A DNA stretch of 64,000 nt from an uncultured Gemmatimonadaceae bacterium. GTDB taxonomy: Bacteria; Gemmatimonadota; Gemmatimonadetes; Gemmatimonadales; Gemmatimonadaceae. The notes under the pieces were generated by a model. The model was not told the origin of the DNA. It saw only the letters and a list, made by a program, of their open reading frames with translations, and did no database searches. The translations under genes and the position numbers were made by a program. The DNA lies in the NCBI GenBank assembly GCA_963843845.1, contig CAWJMB010000002.1:1984001-2048000 (forward strand). Direction: 5' to 3'. Shown here one piece after another: positions 59,113-64,000 of the stretch (position 1 is the stretch's first letter; each line of letters begins with the position of its first letter).

Positions 59113-60419
59113 CGGTCGATCTCCCCCATCACGATGTCGATGCTCGCGTTGATCGCGATCACGTCGCTCAGCAAATGCCCCTCGACCATCTTCGGAATCG
59201 CCGAGAGGTTGACGAACGCCGGCGGGCGGATGCGCCAGCGCACCGGCTTCGACGTGCCGTCCGAGACCATGTAATAGCCCTTCTCCCCCTTCGGGCTCTC
59301 GACCGGCACGTACGCCTCGCCCACCGGCGGACGCGGCCCCTCCATCACGACCTTGAAGTGATGGATCATACTCTCCATCTCGCTCGTCGCCTTGTGCTTC
59401 GGCGGCAGAATGACTCGCGGGTCGTCGACGTTCACCGGTCCGTCCGGCAGGCGGTCGAGCGCCTGGCGCAGGATGCGGAGACTCTGCCGCATCTCTTCGA
59501 GGCGTACGAGATACCGATCGTACACGTCGCCCGCCGATCCGACGGGGACGTCGAAGTCGTACGTCTCGTAGTCGAGATACGGGAAATCCTTTCGCACGTC
59601 GTAATCGACACCAGACGCGCGCACCATCGGCCCGGACAACCCGTAGTTGACTGCCTCGTCGGCCGACATGACGCCGAGTCCGACCGTACGGCCGACCCAG
59701 ATGCCGTTCTTCGTCAGCATCCGATCCGCGTTGTCGAGCGTCTTCGGGAAGGTGGCGAGGAACTCCTCGAGCATCCCCGTCCAACCCGTCGGCAGGTCCG
59801 CGCCCATCCCACCGACGCGGGTGAGGCTCGTCGTGAGGCGCGCGCCGATCCACGCCTCGAACATGTTGTAGATCCGCTCCCGTTCCTGGAACAGCCAGAG
59901 GAACGGCGTGAAGGCGCCGATGTCGATGCCCGTCGTCCCCATCCACACGATGTGGGACATGATCCGCGACAGCTCCATCGCGATCACGCGCAGCACGGTA
60001 CACCGCGGCGTGATCTCGATCCCGAACAGCCGCTCGGCGCCTAACGCGAACGCGCAGTTGTTGCCGGGGCTGTTGAGGTAGTCCTCACGGTCGGTCCACG
60101 GGATGATCTGGTTGTACTGACGATACTCGCCGATCTTCTCGAAGCCGCAGTGCAGATAGCCCACGTGCGGCACGCAGCGCACGACGGTCTCGCCGTCGAG
60201 CTCCAGCACGAGCCGGAGCACGCCATGCGTCGCGGGGTGCTGCGGGCCGATGTTGATGAGCATGTGCTCACCGGCCAGCTCGGGTTCCACCCCCGGCGGC
60301 GCGTCGAGCGTCATGACGTTGCCGCCCTCGTCGGCGAAGAGCGGCGTGCGCTGCGGGCGTCCGTCCGGCCCGATGCCGCTCGTCGACAGTGCGACCTCGA
60401 CCGTGCGATTCGTCGCCAT
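59109..60419 (-). CDS. nuoD: NADH-quinone oxidoreductase subunit D
   Basis: GPQHPATHGVLR, GYLH, ESPKGE, DIVMGEIDR. Confidence 0.97.
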   Translation of the reverse strand: MATNRTVEVALSTSGIGPDGRPQRTPLFADEGGNVMTLDAPPGVEPELAGEHMLINIGPQHPATHGVLRLVLELDGETVVRCVPHVGYLHCGFEKIGEYRQYNQIIPWTDREDYLNSPGNNCAFALGAERLFGIEITPRCTVLRVIAMELSRIMSHIVWMGTTGIDIGAFTPFLWLFQERERIYNMFEAWIGARLTTSLTRVGGMGADLPTGWTGMLEEFLATFPKTLDNADRMLTKNGIWVGRTVGLGVMSADEAVNYGLSGPMVRASGVDYDVRKDFPYLDYETYDFDVPVGSAGDVYDRYLVRLEEMRQSLRILRQALDRLPDGPVNVDDPRVILPPKHKATSEMESMIHHFKVVMEGPRPPVGEAYVPVESPKGEKGYYMVSDGTSKPVRWRIRPPAFVNLSAIPKMVEGHLLSDVIAINASIDIVMGEIDR

Positions 60420-60422
60420 GCG

Positions 60423-61121
60423 TTACTCCCCCGTACGCTCGCCGCGATCGAGCCGCCGTTGCATCTCGACTGGCAGCTCGCCGAACGCCTCCGCGATGGA
60501 GATCTCCTCCATCGAGTAGCGCGCCTCAGGATTCTGCGACAGCGTCTGCCGCAACTGCTCGGCGCGGCTGAAACGGCCGCGCAGCGGGAAGTCCTTCCGC
60601 AAGGGATGCCCTTCGCGATACTGCTCCCACATCAGGATGCGGCGGAGGTCGGGGTGCCCGTCGAACGTGACGCCGAACATGTCGTAGCACTCGCGCTCCA
60701 GCCAGTCCGCCGCCTTGTAGACCGGCCAGATACTCGGCACCGCGAGGGGCGCGCTTTTCGGCAGCAGCGCTTTCAGCCGTAGAAAGCGACGATGCGGGAG
60801 CGAGCGCAAATGCCAGACGACTTCGAGCGGCTGCTCGAGGTCCCGGAACTCGACCGCGGTCACGTCCACGAGGTAGTCGTAGCGCTGAGTCGGGTCGTCG
60901 TGCAGCCAGCGCACGATGTCGAGCACGCTCGCGGCATCGACGACCACGGTCGTCTCCCCCCAGGTCACGTCGCTGCGGCGGACGGCGGTGCCGAACTTCG
61001 CGTGCAGCGCCGCAGCCGAGGGATTCGGCTCGCCGCCACGGTGCGGCAGGCCACGCGGCGTCCGCGGCGCCGATCCAGACGCCGCAGAGCCAGCGGTGTA
61101 CACGGAGGTCAGAGCGGCCAC
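60423..61121 (-). CDS. nuoC: NADH-quinone oxidoreductase subunit C
   Basis: ERECYDMFGV.F.GHPDLRRIL, GHPLRKDFPL. Confidence 0.95.
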   Translation of the reverse strand: MAALTSVYTAGSAASGSAPRTPRGLPHRGGEPNPSAAALHAKFGTAVRRSDVTWGETTVVVDAASVLDIVRWLHDDPTQRYDYLVDVTAVEFRDLEQPLEVVWHLRSLPHRRFLRLKALLPKSAPLAVPSIWPVYKAADWLERECYDMFGVTFDGHPDLRRILMWEQYREGHPLRKDFPLRGRFSRAEQLRQTLSQNPEARYSMEEISIAEAFGELPVEMQRRLDRGERTGE

Positions 61122-61137
61122 GGTCGTCAGGGCGGGC

Positions 61138-61776
61138 TCAGAGACCCGAGCGGGTCTGGTGCACCGAGTTCCCGAAGGGCTCCGAGATCTCGTCGATCGC
61201 CGACGGTGGAATGTAGAGATGGCTCGTCGGATCCGGCTCGATCTCGCGGCGCAGCTCGCCTTCCGCCATGCGCTCGTTCATGACCTTCTTCTGGAGCATC
61301 ATGATGCCGTACATCAGCGCCTCGGGCCGCGGGGGGCAGCCCGGAACGTACACGTCCACAGGGATGATGTTGTCGATCCCCTGCACGACGGCGTAGTTGT
61401 CGAACATGCCGCCCGTCGAGGCGCACGCGCCCATCGAGATGACCCATTTCGGTTGGGGCATCTGCATGTAGATGCGCCGGATCACGGGGGCGAGCTTGAG
61501 CGGGACGCGACCGGCGCAGATCAGCACGTCCGCCTGACGGGGCGAGACGGCCAGGCGCTCCATGCCGAAACGAGCGAGGTCGAAGCGGCTCGCTGCCGTG
61601 GCCATGAACTCGATCGCGCAACAGGCGGTGCCGAAGGGCATCGGCCACAGGGAGTTCGCCCGTCCCCAGTTGACCAGGAAATCGAGCCGCGTCGCGATCC
61701 AGCTCTCGTCCGCGTCCGGGCCGGTCGCCAGCGGCCGGGCCCCCACGGGCGGATCCGTGCGCGCAATCAATCCCAC
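61138..61776 (-). CDS. nuoB: NADH-quinone oxidoreductase subunit B
   Basis: [32 protein letters not shown]. Confidence 0.96.
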   Translation of the reverse strand: MGLIARTDPPVGARPLATGPDADESWIATRLDFLVNWGRANSLWPMPFGTACCAIEFMATAASRFDLARFGMERLAVSPRQADVLICAGRVPLKLAPVIRRIYMQMPQPKWVISMGACASTGGMFDNYAVVQGIDNIIPVDVYVPGCPPRPEALMYGIMMLQKKVMNERMAEGELRREIEPDPTSHLYIPPSAIDEISEPFGNSVHQTRSGL

Positions 61777-62171
61777 TGCAATGCCCCCCGCTTCCACACG
61801 TACACGAAGCCGATCACGAGGATCAACATGAACACCAGCATCTCCATCAGTCCGAACAACGACACTGACCCCGCCGGGCACCCCGTCGCGCCTAACGGCG
61901 ACGCGCACGAGAGCTGCTTGAACGCGACCCCCCACGGGATCATGAAGACGGTCTCGATGTCGAAGATGATGAAGAGCATCGCGACCATGTAGAACTTGAC
62001 CGAGAACCGCTCGCGCGCGTCGCCGAGCGGCGTCATGCCCGACTCGTACGGCTGCTGCTTCATCGGCGTCGGACGGGCGCGCACCGTCAGCGCCGAGAGT
62101 CCGATGATGAGGACGGCATTGGCCGTGACGAAGCCGAGGAGCAGCAGGATCGGCAGATAGGAGCGCGACAT
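61767..62171 (-). CDS. nuoA: NADH-quinone oxidoreductase subunit A
   Basis: [29 protein letters not shown]. Confidence 0.95.
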   Translation of the reverse strand: MSRSYLPILLLLGFVTANAVLIIGLSALTVRARPTPMKQQPYESGMTPLGDARERFSVKFYMVAMLFIIFDIETVFMIPWGVAFKQLSCASPLGATGCPAGSVSLFGLMEMLVFMLILVIGFVYVWKRGALQWD

Positions 62172-62204
62172 GACGTGAGCGGAGCGCGCGAGGCGAGACG
62201 GCCC

Positions 62205-62226
62205 GCTCGTGAAATTTTTCACGAGC
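62205..62226. promoter_or_regulatory. Palindromic operator upstream of nuoA, Rex-box-like
   Basis: Perfect inverted repeat GCTCGTGAAA-TT-TTTCACGAGC; core TCGTGAA-ATTT-TTCACGA versus Rex consensus TTGTGAA-N4-TTCACAA. Confidence 0.7.
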
Positions 62227-62338
62227 CTGGCTTCCGCGGAAGGTAACGCGCGTTTCACGGCGATTCAACAGCCGCTACATTGCGCGCCGCAGCGTCGAGA
62301 CGATGCGTCTCCCCCTCTCCACACACCGTCACGTCGAC

Positions 62339-62893
62339 ATGGCGATTCAGGCCGACCGTTGGATCAAGCGCATGGCACTCGAGCACGGCATGATCGAGCC
62401 GTTCGAGGACCGGCAGGTGCGCCACGGTGTCATCTCCTACGGCGTCAGCTCGTACGGGTACGACATGCGCGTCGCGCGCGAGTACAAGATCTTCACGAAC
62501 GTGTTGAGCTCGGTCGTCGACCCCAAGGCGTTCGACCCGAAGTCGTTCGTCGAGTTCGAAGGCGACGTCTGCATCGTGCCGCCGAACTCGTTCGCGCTCG
62601 CCCGCTCGGTCGAGTACTTCCGCATTCCGCGCGACGTCGTGACGATCTGCGTCGGGAAGAGCACGTACGCGCGGTGCGGCATCATCACGAACGTGACGCC
62701 GTTCGAGCCCGAGTGGGAAGGCTTCGTCACGCTCGAGATCTCGAACACCACGCCACTCCCCGCGCGCATCTACTCGAACGAGGGAATCGCCCAGGTGCTG
62801 TTCTTCCGCGGCGAGGAAGAGCCCGAGGTGTCGTACCGCGACAAGGCTGGCAAGTACCAGGGTCAGACCGGCGTCACGCTGCCGAAGCTCTGA
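62339..62893 (+). CDS. dcd: dCTP deaminase
   Basis: [46 protein letters not shown]. Confidence 0.96.
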   Translation: MAIQADRWIKRMALEHGMIEPFEDRQVRHGVISYGVSSYGYDMRVAREYKIFTNVLSSVVDPKAFDPKSFVEFEGDVCIVPPNSFALARSVEYFRIPRDVVTICVGKSTYARCGIITNVTPFEPEWEGFVTLEISNTTPLPARIYSNEGIAQVLFFRGEEEPEVSYRDKAGKYQGQTGVTLPKL

Positions 62894-62920
62894 CCGCGTG
62901 ACGTGAAACGAGCGACGACG

Positions 62921-63127
62921 CTATGCGTCGTCGCTCGCGGTGCCGCGCCGCTCGGGCGGCTGCACGCCCTCGGCGGCCGTGCCCTGGTCTTTGACTTCGG
63001 AAGGCGGAAGCTGCGCTCGGTCGTCCGTCCCCTTCCCGACCGTGTACGTCGTCTTCTGCGTCGCATCGGCGCCGCCGGTGACGGGCGGTTCACTGAAGCT
63101 GTTGTTCGGATCGCTCGACTTCTGCAT
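62921..63127 (-). CDS. Small hydrophilic hypothetical protein (68 aa)
   Basis: ATG preceded by GGAGAG at suitable spacing; GC3-rich codons; fills the sdhB-dcd gap. Confidence 0.5.
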   Translation of the reverse strand: MQKSSDPNNSFSEPPVTGGADATQKTTYTVGKGTDDRAQLPPSEVKDQGTAAEGVQPPERRGTASDDA

Positions 63128-63184
63128 GGACTCTCCGGGCGTGAGATGCCCTACGCCCGTGCAGCAACCGCGCCACCCTCGCGC

Positions 63185-63958
63185 TCACCCCGTGCCCGCG
63201 ACGGAGGCCTCCTCGCGCTTCAGCACGGCGCCCTTGAGATAATCGCGGTTCATCTCCGTGATGACGTCGATACTGATGGCTTTCGGGCACGCCTCCTGGC
63301 ACTCGCCGAACAGCGTGCATCCGCCGAATCCCTCGATGTCCATCTGCTCGACCATCGCGAGGACCCGCCGGTACCGCTCGGGCTGCCCCTGCGGCAGCAC
63401 GCCCAGGTGCGAGACCTTCGCGCCGGTGAACAGCGACGCCGACGCGTTCGGACACGCCGCGACGCAGGCGCCGCACCCGATGCATGCCGCGGCGTCCATC
63501 GCGCGGTCCGCGGCCTCCTTGCCGACCAGCACCGCGTTACCGTCCGGCGCGCCGCCCGTGTAGGCAGAGATGTACCCGCCGGCCGCGATGATGCGGTCGA
63601 GCGCGCCGCGGTTCACGCACAGGTCCTTGATGACCGGGAAGCCCTGCGCGCGCCACGGCTCGATCCACACCTCATCGCCGTCCTTGAAGGCCCGCATGTG
63701 CAGCTGGCACGTTGCCGTCGCTTTCCACGGGCCGTGCGCGATGCCGTCGATCATCATGCCGCACGAGCCGCAGATCCCTTCGCGGCAGTCGTGGTCGAAC
63801 GCGATCGGCTGGTCGCCTGTCGCGATCAGCTCCTCGTTCACGACGTCGAGCATCTCGAGGAAGCTCATGTCGGCGCTCACGTTCGGCGCCTGGTACGTCT
63901 CGAACTTCCCCTCGCTCTTCGCGCTCGCCTGTCGCCAGACGTGTAGAGTCAGCTTCAC
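63185..63958 (-). CDS. sdhB: Succinate dehydrogenase/fumarate reductase iron-sulfur subunit
   Basis: [36 protein letters not shown]. Confidence 0.94.
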   Translation of the reverse strand: MKLTLHVWRQASAKSEGKFETYQAPNVSADMSFLEMLDVVNEELIATGDQPIAFDHDCREGICGSCGMMIDGIAHGPWKATATCQLHMRAFKDGDEVWIEPWRAQGFPVIKDLCVNRGALDRIIAAGGYISAYTGGAPDGNAVLVGKEAADRAMDAAACIGCGACVAACPNASASLFTGAKVSHLGVLPQGQPERYRRVLAMVEQMDIEGFGGCTLFGECQEACPKAISIDVITEMNRDYLKGAVLKREEASVAGTG

Positions 63959-64000
63959 TTGTAGCTCCGCTGCTGCAGATGGACGTTCTCGAACTGCAGC
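63955..64000 (-). CDS. sdhA: Succinate dehydrogenase flavoprotein, extreme C-terminus (partial)
   Basis: Reads [14 protein letters not shown] with the stop overlapping the sdhB start (GTGA). Confidence 0.8.
   Translation of the reverse strand, partial: LQFENVHLQQRSYK

Overview
High-GC (roughly 70% by eye) bacterial core-genome window. Gene content and order suggest a Gemmatimonadota-like organism, but that is inference. It holds no phage, IS, CRISPR or defence island. Left to right: der-plsY-gpsA-merR-surE-pcm-apt-tRNA-Arg(CCT)-TPR on the + strand, then a clear 28-bp XerCD dif site (6573-6600). From there to about 62.2 kb every gene except terC is on the - strand, consistent with the replication terminus. 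The - strand block contains dapF, a five-gene envelope glycosylation cluster, rpoN-lptB-lptA-like-lptC-kdsDCA-pyrG-kdsB, trpG-like-xerD-dedA-ispF, mqnC-mqnA-mqnE, the fab/plsX/rpmF cluster, ndk, a PTS-EIIA/CBS protein, sucDC, a UPF0182 gene, a phosphohexomutase and a nuoA-N operon with two tandem nuoM genes. The window ends with dcd (+) and sdhB/sdhA (-). About 25 genes, many essential, carry small indel frameshifts that are most likely assembly errors. The strongest unexplained signal is the 7-8-mer GCCTAAC(G) / (C)GTTAGGC. I counted 18 copies by eye, 17 in one orientation, mostly forcing a rare TTA Leu codon inside housekeeping genes; it is a candidate polar chromosome motif (Chi-, KOPS- or uptake-like). 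Also notable are a Rex-type operator upstream of nuoA, a divergent second NuoM, and an LptB with a ~165-aa N-terminal extension. All counts and start codons were read manually and are approximate.
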